Source: Octopus bimaculoides (taxonomy: Eukaryota). Taken from it: 39,620 nt of DNA. The stretch spans positions 118,418,203 through 118,457,822 of the forward strand of contig NC_068985.1 in the NCBI RefSeq assembly GCF_001194135.2, written 5' to 3'. Below, in pieces: positions 12,584 to 23,934 of the stretch. Numbering within the stretch: position 1 is the stretch's first letter; each line of letters starts with the position of its first letter. The notes beneath the pieces are model-generated. The model saw only the letters and a program-made list of their open reading frames with translations. It was not told the origin of the DNA and did no database searches. A program made the position numbers and the translations under genes.

Positions 12584-13709
12584 GATGATAACTTTTTCTA
12601 TCATATAAGGGTAAAATACCCAATCTTTCTGCTGTTTTCACAGCTGTACTGCTTTTGAAATTTTACTTTCTTGTTATGGTCAGTTTTGTTGTTTGACCTA
12701 GTGTTGATAAGGAGAATACTATTATCTACTTCCTGTTTATTTCAATCACATTTGCTGCCCATGGTTTGGTACACGAATATAAAATACTGATGTAATTTGG
12801 GTTGACATTTATTTAATATCATAATTGCTGAACAATTAGCATTATTATTTACAGATTCCCTAAGAGCCAATAACTGCTTTGCAGCATTACTATGATAAAA
12901 GTGATAAGGGAGTGTTTGTAACTTGGTACAAAACAAATTTCTGTTGGGACTACATTTATGAAACACTTGTTTTTCCCATTTTTTCACCAGTGTATCAACA
13001 TTGGCAAGATATATCTTCAACACCATTGCTTTTATGTTTGCTTTTTCTATACTGGTTTTGGTTGGATGAAACTTTTTGAGGTGATATCCTAACTGGATGC
13101 TCTTCCTAATGCCAATCCTTGTTTTTAAGTAGAGTACTATATTCCACTAGTTGTTGTATGTTTATACTGACTTGCTGCCGGACAGAAACATCACCATTGC
13201 CCAAGCAAAAACATTCAAGATAAATATACTAACACACACACACACACACACACACAAACATGTCCTAGATATACAAAAGAAAAAGTATCTATTTATGGCC
13301 TGAGGTTAAACAATAACCACATAATCTGTGTTGAATTACTAAAAGCGGTTTGATCAGCTAGAAACAAGCAAAATTATCTCTTAATGCCTTAAAAATGGAA
13401 AAGATACATTAGGTTATGTTGACCTATAAACTCTTAAAAAAGATATGATCTTCTTGGTGGGAATGACTTAGGTCATTGGTCTGCTCAGTCAGGACTGATC
13501 CTGGATTAAACAACAAATTTCTCTGAGCCACTCAACTTGCTAGAAATTGTGCTCAGATTTCCCTCAAAGTACACCTGACTGCCTTACTAAATGGAAAGGA
13601 CACATTAAAGAATGAACCGCTTGATATATCCTCCCCAAAAGATGGTTACAGCTAGAATGTCTTCATGTTTGGTCGATCAGATTTGGCTTTGATTAAACAA
13701 AAGCCACGA

Positions 13710-14046
13710 TAGGGGCCGAAACCAGACGTGGTTCCTCCTGATGATGTCTTCGGCTAACTGGATCCTAATCCACCAAGGGAAGGTATGTCGGAAGAAAGTA
13801 ATTCAACAACGCGGGTTGATGAACCGTAAGACGTGTGGCCAGAACCTCCTGGAAAATAACCATAGCGAGGGACATTCCACAGTTGAATTAGAACAGTCAC
13901 AAACAGTGAAAGAAGACATGCACCCAACACCAGAGCTGAAGACACCTCCGAAAGTGGGTGGCCCCGCCACGTCAAAACAGTAGAGGAGTAGGGGCCGAAA
14001 CCGGACGTGGTTCCTCCTGATGATGTCTTGAGCTAACTGGATCCTA
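13710..14046. repeat. 58-bp direct repeat pair (13710-13767 and 13989-14046) in a GC-richer island
   Basis: taggggccgaaacc(a/g)gacgtggttcctcctgatgatgtctt(cg/ga)gctaactggatccta, 3 mismatches, period 279 bp. Confidence 0.9.
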
Positions 14047-14708
14047 TAAAGGAGCTGTTGTGGTAGCAGACCACGAAACATGGTTGAAATTCCTCCAAGT
14101 AATCATAGGTCACTTTCCTTGTATAAATACTATCCCTTGTACATCTACATTCAATACGAAGTACTTTTCTTCTTAATATAATACAAGAAAAATAGACAGA
14201 TCAGTTGGTAGACAAATGAATAAGTACACAGGTAGATAATAGATAAATAGAAAGATAGATGTGCAAACACTATTTCACTGGGTAAATAAAGATTAATCTT
14301 ATCAAAACTTATCTTCTAAGGCCCATTGTGTTGTCACCTAAACAAGGTTATTTTAGTTTAGTTGTTTCTGTGTATTCAATGAATACTTATAGATATATTC
14401 ATAATAAGTATATATATATAGATATATATGTACATCTATATAGTCAATAAAACATATATCAGAAAAGAAGCACACTAAAGAATAGAGCTGTAATTATTAA
14501 AACAAAAACTTAAATTCTGGTCATAGAGTTACCAAAGGTTTTGTATCCACAAAACCCACAGCCTTGTAGATGGCTTGTCAGACTATACAAAGACAAAAAA
14601 ATTAAACTTTCTACCATGCAGACGTGAGGAAACTCAGATATTGAGATTTAATGGATAACATAAAAACGTTAATGAGTACCTGTCCTCATTTTTTGCTTGG
14701 TATAGAGT

Positions 14709-14747
<39 letters not shown>

Positions 14748-14960
14748 TAATTGTTCAGTTTAGTGACATTAAAAAAAAAAAAATAAAGGGGAGATAACTA
14801 GTAAAGTCGACATAAATACTGGATATTATTTACTTTCAAATTGATCAGAATGGCATGTGGAAGACCAGCGGGACCGCAATTCTTTGTTTCTGAAATTGAA
14901 ATCCTCAACTGTGAATCAATCTTGGAATATCACCCAGTTAGCTGAATCACNNNNNNNNNN

Positions 14961-15216
14961 TGCCAAACCACTAAGTTACAGGAATGTAAACACACTAACA
15001 TCAGTTGTCAAGTGATGGTGGGGGGGACAAAGAGACACACAAACATATATATATATATATATACATACGACGGGCTTCTTTCAGTTTCCATCTACCAAAT
15101 CCACTCACAAGGTTTTGGTTGGCCCGAGGCTATAGTAGAAGACACTTGCCCAAGGTGCCATGCAGTGGAACTGAACCCAGAACCATGTGGTTGGTAAGCA
15201 AGCTACTTACCACACA
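14961..15216 (-). mobile_element. tRNA-derived SINE, 5' half
   Basis: Reverse complement reads tgtgtggtaagtagcttgcttaccaaccacatggttctgggttcagttccactgcatggcaccttgggcaagtgtcttctactatagcc, matching the head of the 27348 copy. Confidence 0.85.
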
Positions 15217-15328
15217 ATAGCTGGGAACAATACTTTCGTTGCTTACAGGTTTTGGTGTTTTTACGTTTTATTTAAGCATGACAACTAAAATATATTTAAT
15301 AAGAAATGCAAATTAAAACAAAAATACT

Positions 15329-15577
15329 GTAATTATTCAGTTTAGATTTTAAAAAAGTAAATAAAAGTTAAGGGGGAGATAAGCAGTAAAAGAAGCAAAG
15401 GGATGAATCAATCTTAGAGGAATCGTGGTTTATCATTCAATTAAGAAAAGTTGGAGACAACAGTTCGCAGCGGTTGGCACGCCAGTGTTTATGTTGTATA
15501 AAAAGTTGTGTAAAAGTTAACTTATCTCCCACTTAATTTTTATTTACTTTTTTAATTTAACTAAACTGAACAATTAC
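15329..15577. mobile_element. Small MITE-like foldback with imperfect TIRs of about 55 bp
   Basis: gtaattattcagtttag...aaaaaagtaaataaaagttaagggggagataag vs reverse complement of cttatctcccacttaatttttatttacttttt...ctaaactgaacaattac. A related single arm lies at about 14746-14800. Confidence 0.6.
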
Positions 15578-16494
15578 CCCAAAATACTAACAAAACATTT
15601 TATTTAAAAAAAAGTTATAGATCATAAACATCTCTCACATCAATCAAAAGATTCTGGAATGGATCATCATTAAATTGATATCACTACATGAATTCAACTA
15701 AGTAACTATTAAGACATGTCCTGGCTGTTCTAGTTTCTCTTTTATTCTGTCCTAGGCTAGCAACGCTTAAACGAAAAAATGCCCAGGTTTTCAACGTGCC
15801 AATCAAAAACACGAGTTGTAAGCGTTAAAACTGATCATTTTAGCGAAATCAGCGGAAGTAATGTAAATAGTGCAGGGGTAATTTGAAATCAGGTTTAGGA
15901 TACCCCAGTGGACAATTTGGAATCGATTTCACATTACCGAGAGATAACTTGCAATGGGAAGTTGGTAACTTGAAGTGTTTTTACACCGGTATTTAAGATG
16001 ACAAGAATGACTAGAAACTATACAGATTCACCGGAATTTATATCAATAGGGGATTTTAGTTTTAATCTCCGATTATATACATCAAATTCCTAATTTGTCG
16101 TATTGATAGAAGGCAATGTTTTTTTTTTACAACTTAAAAGTTAGATAGCGTCAAAGACCTTATTTAATAATTCACTTTAAAAAACATCTAAATAGCTGTA
16201 AGAGTCAAAGGTTTAAGAAAGTTACTTCCCTTTGTTTATTTATTACTTCATTGTGTGGAGGTAAGATTAGTTAGTCATGTCAACATAGTTTTGTATCTAA
16301 TACATACGTTCATGTGTTGACATTCCTTAATACTCGCACCTTTTATCCTACCGGATATATTCTTTATTCGTGTTATTATTATTATAGCATAAAGCCAACG
16401 AAGAAGGATAACATGTTTAAATTAGCTATTGGGTCACGTAGCTGAACGAAGATTTGTTGCTGCGATATTTTATGAGAATTGGATATTATAAGCA

Positions 16495-16633
16495 ATGCTC
16501 GCTAAAATTACCATAGCCGGTACTTTTGTGTTCTTCGCAGTTTTATATCTTTTGAGATCGATGAAACGAAAGAAATTGAACATACAAGGCAAAGTTGTCC
16601 TCATTACTGGAGCAACATCCGGGCTTGGGAAAG
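16495..16633 (+). CDS. DHRS7B: DHRS7B exon 1: signal anchor plus Rossmann motif
   Basis: MLAKITIAGTFVFFAVLYLLRSMKRKKLNIQGKVVLITGATSGLGK; in-frame stop just upstream; donor g|gtttgt, phase 1. Confidence 0.85.
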
Positions 16634-17083
16634 GTTTGTAAATTAAATTTATTGGTGTTATATGTTGCGTCCGAAATCCATAGTTTATTCTTTATTTTCT
16701 TCGCCTTTGTGCAAGTGTTAGCAACAGTCTGTGTGTGTGTGCTTGTGCACTGTTATTCTCAAGTCTCTAATTATTTTTCTACAGAAATGGCGGAGGTAAA
16801 GATCATGGACTACCCCCTTTAAGTTTTTTTTGTTTTTTTGTTTTTTTTACAGGGCGAAGATTCCGAATCTGCAAAAAAAATGTGCATTTCAAAATTTTAA
16901 TTCTCCGCCAACCAATTTCTTAAATCTTCATTAAAAATTTTTTTTTTTTTTTTTTGGCGAAATACGTAGAAAAATACGAAGATTGGTTAAAAAAAATTAT
17001 TAAAAAATCTGTCGGTCTACAGAAATTTAGCGCATATTTTTTAATGGAAAATGCAACCTTATTCAGGGCTTCGGACACTGATA

Positions 17084-17975
17084 CAGGTACCCAAAAGTAA
17101 CCAGAAATGTTCTCTGTGGGACAAGCCCGATGTAGTTCAGACTTCTGGTGCTAGAAGCCACTTGGTGCGATCATTAGGCCTCAGTCTGCTGATCGGTGTT
17201 GTCCAGTGAGGTCATACTACCACATGGCATGTCGTTGTTTTGCAATGCTTCTCCCCTGTTTGTTGATTTTTGCAATCGCTGAAACGAAAGAACAGAGTGC
17301 TTCTGTGAAATTCTGTTTTCTGCTAGGGTAAACAACAGCCAAAACAGTTGTCATGCTTCAAACAGCTTACAAAGACGCTGCAATGAGCAAAGAACAAATT
17401 TACAATTGGTTTCTACACTTTAGGAATGGTCACTTGTCACTTGAAGACCAACTTCATTCAGGACGACTGTCAACCTCCCGAACGAATGAGAACATCATGA
17501 AGTGAACTTGGAGGACCGTCACCAAACAATTGACAAACTTGTTGATATGACTGGTGTGTCCTGGAGCCCTTGTCGATGAATTTTGAGCAAGGAATTGCAA
17601 ATGAAAAGAGTAGCAGCAAAATTTGTGCCTCTCTTGCTCATGGATGATCAAAAACAGTCGCGACTGAATGCGTGTCGTGAACTGAAAGAACAGTTGGAAG
17701 TTGATTCAGATCTTTTTTCGAAGGTCATCACTGGTGGCAAAAGCTGGTGCTACAGAATTTGCAGAAGTGGAAGAGGTGAAGAAAAAAACATAGGAGGCGT
17801 TAAAAGGCATTACTTTGCAAGAGTTCCAGCACTGCTTCGAATAGTGGAAAATGCACCAGGACCGATGAATTGCTCCTAATGAAGAATACTTTGAATGCAA
17901 TAAAAGTGTAAACATGTAAAACTAAGTGAATAAAATATTATTGCAAAATTCCAGCTTCTTTTTGGTACCCCCACG
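17084..17975 (+). mobile_element. Internally deleted mariner element in DHRS7B intron 1
   Basis: TA-flanked imperfect TIRs (caggtacccaaaagtaaccagaaat vs reverse complement cgtgggggtaccaaaaagaagctggaat). Remnants YKDAAMSKEQIYNWF..FRNGHLSLEDQLHSGRLSTS and KRVAAKFVPLLL.DDQK..R...C...ITGGKSWCY. Confidence 0.88.
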
Positions 17976-19140
17976 TATTCCCAGACCTGAGTACTGGTCA
18001 GAATGGTCGCAACAAAGTGGGTTCTGCTAAAAGTATCCTGGGGCTAAGTCAGGAAGTGGTGGGAAACATAATTTAAGCTTTCATGGGAGGTTTCATTACA
18101 ATGATGTTGCTTTCATGATGGATTAATCCAGTGCTAAACAATACCAAGACAACCTAGAATTTTAGTTTTCTACAGGCATTTCCTTGTGTATTTGGGTAGC
18201 TCATACCCCTTTTGAGTTTCTTCGGATTCCTTGATTTTCAATGTGTTCCAGCATAGCCGCAGTCTAATGACTGAAACAAGTACAAAAGAAAAAGGAAAAA
18301 CAAGATGTTTCTCATGCTAATTACAAAAATCATAATCATTCATTGTCAGAATCATAATCTCCATATTTTTAAATGTGAAATTAAAAAGAAAAAAAGAGTT
18401 GAAAACAAAAATTGGGGTTGCAGAGGTGGGGTGGGGGTTGGGGACAAAATTGTAATCTCTAATTAAAAACATAGGAATCCAAAGAATTTTTTAAAAAAAA
18501 AGCATAGGGTGCATATTAGCATGTCCACAGTTCATATTACCTAACTTTAAGAAATAGATACCAAATCATCATAAAATGTCACAAGTGCTTTAATCAAAGT
18601 GGAAACAGATTACTATTTAACTAGACTAAGCACCACATCTTAAAAACCTTCCAAGGTAAAAATCATCGCCAGAGGTATTTACATTTTTGGGGCTTTCTTG
18701 CTCAAGCGTTAACATTAAGCACAATAAAGACCCAGTTTATGACAAGGTTTGCTAGCTGTGAAATTCCCACCATAGACCAAAGCTATTTAGTGCAACAGAT
18801 GTCTCCAGTGGTGGAGTGGGATAGATGAACACACACACAATACAAATTTCTTATTTTCAAGGTACTAACTGTGATTTCAGGGATCTAGTTTGTTCAAGCA
18901 GAACTAATTATTGGCACTTGTCATTTATTTTTATATATTTTTTGTCATTATGTGATGAAGGGATTGTGTGAGGTTTTTACGTCTCACAATTTAATAATGC
19001 AACCCTGTCAGAAACATAAAAATCTGTTGGCATATTTATGTTCCTGTTCAACTCAGGTTTCTGTTGAGTCAAACGGATGAAAGATAAATCTTCCTCTGTG
19101 CAGGATACCAAATTATTACAAGTGGGTTTGTTTTTCTTTC

Positions 19141-19326
19141 TTTTTAACGGGGATGAACTTAGTATTGCAAGTCAGCAAACTATAGTACAATGACTGCTGC
19201 TGCTGTGACCACAGTGGTCTTTACCACCTGGGATATTTTATTAGAGTTACACTATGATGTAATACACAGCACCAATGATAAGTGCAGAAGAATAGCAACT
19301 GTCACATATGGTCTAAATTCACTTTA
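19141..19326 (+). repeat. 186-bp segment duplicated at 21071-21256
   Basis: Identical except one base (19150 g vs 21080 a); offset 1930 bp. Confidence 0.95.
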
Positions 19327-19433
19327 TCCTCTTTCACTGCATGAGCCTATGAAGGAGCTTCTAGAAATGGAAAACAAATGTTAACTAACATTATTTACAT
19401 TTGACGGATATTTGTCCCATCTTGTTTGTTGTT

Positions 19434-19479
19434 AACACAACGTTTCGGCTGATATATCCTCAAGCCTTCGTCAGGTGTC
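19434..19479 (-). ncRNA. Minimal type-I hammerhead ribozyme motif, intact core
   Basis: GACAC-CUGACGA-A-GGCU(loop)AGCC-GAAA-CGUU-GUGUU: helix I GACAC/GUGUU, helix II GGCU/AGCC, palindromic AACGUU in place of helix III, predicted cleavage after GUU. Confidence 0.72.
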
Positions 19480-19531
19480 TTGGGGAAATTTCGAACCTGG
19501 GTTCTCATTCCTAACGATGTTACTATTATTA

Positions 19532-19579
<48 letters not shown>

Positions 19580-19635
19580 TATTAATCAGGTCGCTGCCGT
19601 GAATCGAACTCGGAACCTTGGGGTTAGTAGCCCAC

Positions 19636-19708
19636 GGGCATATGGCGTAGTGGTTAAGAGCGCGGGCTACTAACCCCAAGGTTCCGAGTTCGATTCACGG
19701 CAGCGACC
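19636..19708 (+). promoter_or_regulatory. tRNA-derived Pol III head (A and B boxes)
   Basis: A-box-like tggcgtagtggttaag, anticodon-like arm ggg-ctactaa-ccc, B box gagttcgattc at 19686-19696; the acceptor stem does not pair. Confidence 0.75.
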
Positions 19709-19793
19709 TGATTAATAATAGTAATAATAATAATAATAATATAATAATAGTAACATCGTTAGGAATGAGAACCCAGGTTCGAAATTTCCCCAA

Positions 19794-19839
19794 GACACCT
19801 GACGAAGGCTGGAGGGTATATCAGCCAAAACGTTGTGTT
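19794..19839 (+). ncRNA. Minimal type-I hammerhead motif with mutated core (GAAA to AAAA at 19827)
   Basis: GACAC-CUGACGA-A-GGCUG(loop)CAGCC-AAAA-CGUU-GUGUU; mirror of the left arm but lacking G12. Confidence 0.65.
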
Positions 19840-22159
19840 AACAACAAACAAGATGAGGACAAATATCCGTCAAATGTAAATAATGTTAATAATTCCTCAT
19901 CTCTTAAATATAGAACTGAAATGTTAACTACTAGAAATGGCAGCCAAATCTCCCTCGCATCAAACATCATGTTAAAGGAAACTACATTGAATAATATAAT
20001 ATATTCTTCCTGGATACACACTGCATGGGGGTAGTCATGAGTAGAATGTCTTTGATTATAGGTCTGCTCAATGATGGTTGACTTAGATTTTTAAAAAAAG
20101 GTGCACAGAACTAGATTGAACAGTGGAAGAGAGAAAGTAGAACCTGCCTAGACCACAGCACTGCACCATATGCAATGAACTACTGCATGTCTTGTATGTC
20201 TTCATGTTTTTGGTTAAGTCAGTGAGGAAGCCTATATGTTGTCGCCTGACTTACTAGAAATAGCTGCCAGATCTCCCTCAAAACACACATTAACATCTTA
20301 AAGACAAGAAGGACACATTGGATGATGTAGTTTCTGATGCGCAAGAAGACAAAATAGTTACATTTGGAATGCATGAAATCATAAGTTTGCTTGATCAAGG
20401 ATGGCCTGAGACTAGACAAGTATGGAAACCATTTCTAATCACTACTACAACCTCCACAAGTCAAATAATGATCCCCTATACAAGTGGTCCTCAACCATTT
20501 ATTTTACTTATGGACCCCTTTGATTCCCATTTTACTCAGGTGGACCCTCATAGTTATTCGATGTTTAAGAAATCCCATTATATCTTTATATCTAAATATT
20601 TTTAGAAATTGTATTAAAAAAATTGCTAAATACTTGGTGTATTGCAAAAATATAACTAATTTATTGCACATAAATTTTAATAAAATCTTATATAGACCCC
20701 TATAAGTCATTTGAACCCTGGTTGACAACCAGTGTTCTATACAGTCAGCAACCTGCTAGAAATAGCAACCAAAGTGCCCTGCAATTACATCCTGCCTTCA
20801 ATAAAGAAATATATATTGATCATTGTACTCTCTAATGTACAAAAGGATGGGATTGTTGTGGTTAGAGTACTTTTTTTTATCTGCTTGGTTACATCAAATC
20901 AGTAAATAATTGTTCATCTGACTGACTGTATTTTAAGTTTACTTAGTTAATGGGTGAATCGTTGACTAAATTAATTCAGTGTATTATTGGAACTTGTATT
21001 ATTGACTGCAAAGGGATGAAAGTTAAAGTCCATCTGCTTTGAACTCAGATGAAAGTTAAAGTCCAGCTGCTTTTTAACGAGGATGAACTTAGTATTGCAA
21101 GTCAGCAAACTATAGTACAATGACTGCTGCTGCTGTGACCACAGTGGTCTTTACCACCTGGGATATTTTATTAGAGTTACACTATGATGTAATACACAGC
21201 ACCAATGATAAGTGCAGAAGAATAGCAACTGTCACATATGGTCTAAATTCACTTTAGTCCATATGTGAAGGATTTGAACTCAGAATATTTTCTTTTGTCT
21301 TTTGGTCAGGGGAGAAGGCAGTGCCCATTACCTGTTGCAGGGCCTCCAAGATAGGAGGGTGTAAGATATCCTCAAACCAAAAGCCTGGCCTAAATGATTG
21401 CAACTGAGAGGACTCTGCTAATGGCACTGAACGTACCAGGTGGTGATGGTTTAAATCTACCATCCAAATAGGCTGTAGTGGTATTTGAACTCAAAACACA
21501 AAGAGCTGGAGCAAATACTGCAAGGTACTCTATCTGATGTTTTAGTTCTGTAAATCCATCACTTTGGATTGGTACTTTTTTTTTTTATCAACCTTGAAAA
21601 GATGAAAGGCAAACTTGATCTCAGTGGGACTTGAACTCCATATGTATGTATGTATGTGTGGATATTTATATTCTGTGTTCAAATGAAAAATAGCTGAGCT
21701 ACAGCCACTGTTGCCTGTTACCATTTCCATATCAACATATCATCCTTTAACAAGTGGAATGAAGATTCTTTTACTATAATAAGAAGTAAGGGTTAGTGGC
21801 AGGAAGGGCATCCAGATATGAAACAATGCCTTGATAATATGTATGCATCTGACCCGTGCTAACATGGGAAAACAGACGTAAAAACGTATGAACACAAGCT
21901 AAAGGCCACAAATTTAAAGGGGAAGATTTTAATTTATTCCAGTAGTTTACTGGTACATTTTTTATCATCTTCTGAAAGATGAAAGACAAGCACTGGCAGG
22001 ATTTGAATTCAGGACATTAAAGGCCTTAACTAAATATTGCAAAGTATTTTGTCTGCTATTTGAATAATTTTTTCCTCGTCCTCATTGTTGTTTAATGTCA
22101 GTTTTCTATGCAATGGTGATAAAATCAAGTACAACAACAATTGTCATTTTATCTTGTAG

Positions 22160-22263
22160 CTTGTGCTGAAATATTTTACAAAGCTGGCTGTCGAGTGATT
22201 CTAGCTGGCAGGAATTCAGAAAAGTTAGAGGAAGTCAAAAATGAATTGGTTGGATTGAAAGAA
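22160..22263 (+). CDS. DHRS7B: DHRS7B exon 2
   Basis: Acceptor atcttgtag; (A)CAEIFYKAGCRVILAGRNSEKLEEVKNELVGLKE; donor gtaagt, phase 0. Confidence 0.92.
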
Positions 22264-22604
22264 GTAAGTAATACCTGTTTATATTATATATATGTTTGTG
22301 TGTTCATGTGTACACACTTACATGTGCACAGTCATACAAAGACAAATGCACAGCTGTATAAAGACACATAGATCAATGTGTGTGTGTATATTTACAAAGC
22401 AGTATGAGTTAGCATGTGGATTACTGTTGGTTTTGTGGTCTTGCTGTACAGGCTCTGCTTGACTTGATGTTACAGAAATTTTCCATACTGCATAGTTATG
22501 CAGAGGCCTGAAGAGTGAAACAACAAAACTATCAACAATCTGCATGATAAATTAACTTATATTGCCTTATACTTCTGTATTAAGTAATATATATATATAT
22601 ATAT

Positions 22605-22606
<2 letters not shown>

Positions 22607-22640
<34 letters not shown>

Positions 22641-22788
22641 GTTTAACGTCCGCTTTCCATGCTAGCATGGGTTGGACGATTTGACTGAGGACTGGTGAAA
22701 CCGGATGGCAACACCAGGCTCCAATCTAAATTTGGCAGAGTTTCTACAGCTGGATGCCCTTCCTAACGCCAACCACTCAGCGAGTGTA

Positions 22789-22790
<2 letters not shown>
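22607..22790 (-). mobile_element. RTE-type retroposon tail with (GAT)n
   Basis: Near-identical reverse complement of 11450-11613. Confidence 0.9.
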
Positions 22791-22848
<58 letters not shown>

Positions 22849-22962
22849 TTTGATATTTATGATATTTATTAAGTATGACATGATGTGTTCCCTGTTAGTA
22901 TGAATCAAACACTTTAATGTTTTCACACTTAAATCATCATCATCGTTTTATAACAATATATG

Positions 22963-23022
<60 letters not shown>

Positions 23023-23714
23023 TATATACGGAGAGAGAGAGAGAGAGAGAGAGAGCTCCAATTCACTCAGCTGCGGAAATGAGTTGCAACATCACTGGTG
23101 CCAAGCTATACTGGCCTTTGCCTTTCTCTTGGATAACATTGGTGATATGGAGAGGGGAGGATGGTATATATGGGCAACTGCTGGTCTTCCAGAAACAACC
23201 TTGCTGAGACTTGTATCTGGGAGGGGAACTTTCTAGGTGCAATCCCATGGCCATTTATGACTGAAGTGGGTTCCAAAAAATATAATCCTAATAAACCAAA
23301 TTTGAGACTGCTGTATTTGTAGAGGTTTTGTTGAAAATGTTTCTGCAGTATTCCTTATGTTGAAATTCTACAGTCCTGATAAGCTCCAGAGAAGTGGAGT
23401 TTGTGACCCCTTCCCTTCATGGTTGTAGCTACTTTACTTGATCTGTTAATGCACTTAAGAAAATTCTTCTAATGAATTAACTGTGTACTGCCAAGCAAAG
23501 ACCCAGTTGAATAAAACTTTAGTTTGGATACATATTTCTTTAATCCTCATTATTTAAACATATGACACATGTATCTCTCTCTGCCTCTCTCTCTCTCTTA
23601 CACACACACACATTCTCTCTCTCTTAGCAGTCATTTGTATTTGTACGCATATATCATTATTATAATATACACATATATGCAATTTTTTAAAATTATGTTT
23701 ATTATTATTTACAG

Positions 23715-23934
23715 GGCTGCAGTGACTACACACCAGCCATTTTGCAGATAGATTTGAGTAATTTAGCATCAATACCAAAGAAAGTTGCTGAAGCTGTAAG
23801 TTTCTATGATAGAGTGGACATCCTTATTAACAATGCTGGACAGAGTTATCGTGGTCAAGTATTAGAGACAATTTTAGATGTTGACCAGAGACTCATGACG
23901 GTCAACTACTTTGGACATGTAGCTATTACAAAAG
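23715..23934 (+). CDS. DHRS7B: DHRS7B exon 3
   Basis: Acceptor atttacag; GCSDYTPAILQIDLS...VDILINNAGQSYRG...MTVNYFGHVAITK (NNAG motif); donor g|gtgagt, phase 1. Confidence 0.92.

Larger units (their letters stand above)
19388..19918. mobile_element. Palindromic non-autonomous retroposon: tRNA-like head + (TAA)n + Penelope-like hammerhead tail, with 12-bp TSD
   Basis: Inverted arms 19388-19633 and 19664-19886, loop 19634-19663; direct repeat aaatgttaacta at 19376-19387 and 19919-19930. Confidence 0.85.

Noticed and set aside
19636-19708. Functional tRNA-Ser(ACT) gene
   Set aside because: The acceptor stem does not pair, there is no long variable arm, and it runs directly into the repeat body; treated as a SINE-type head.
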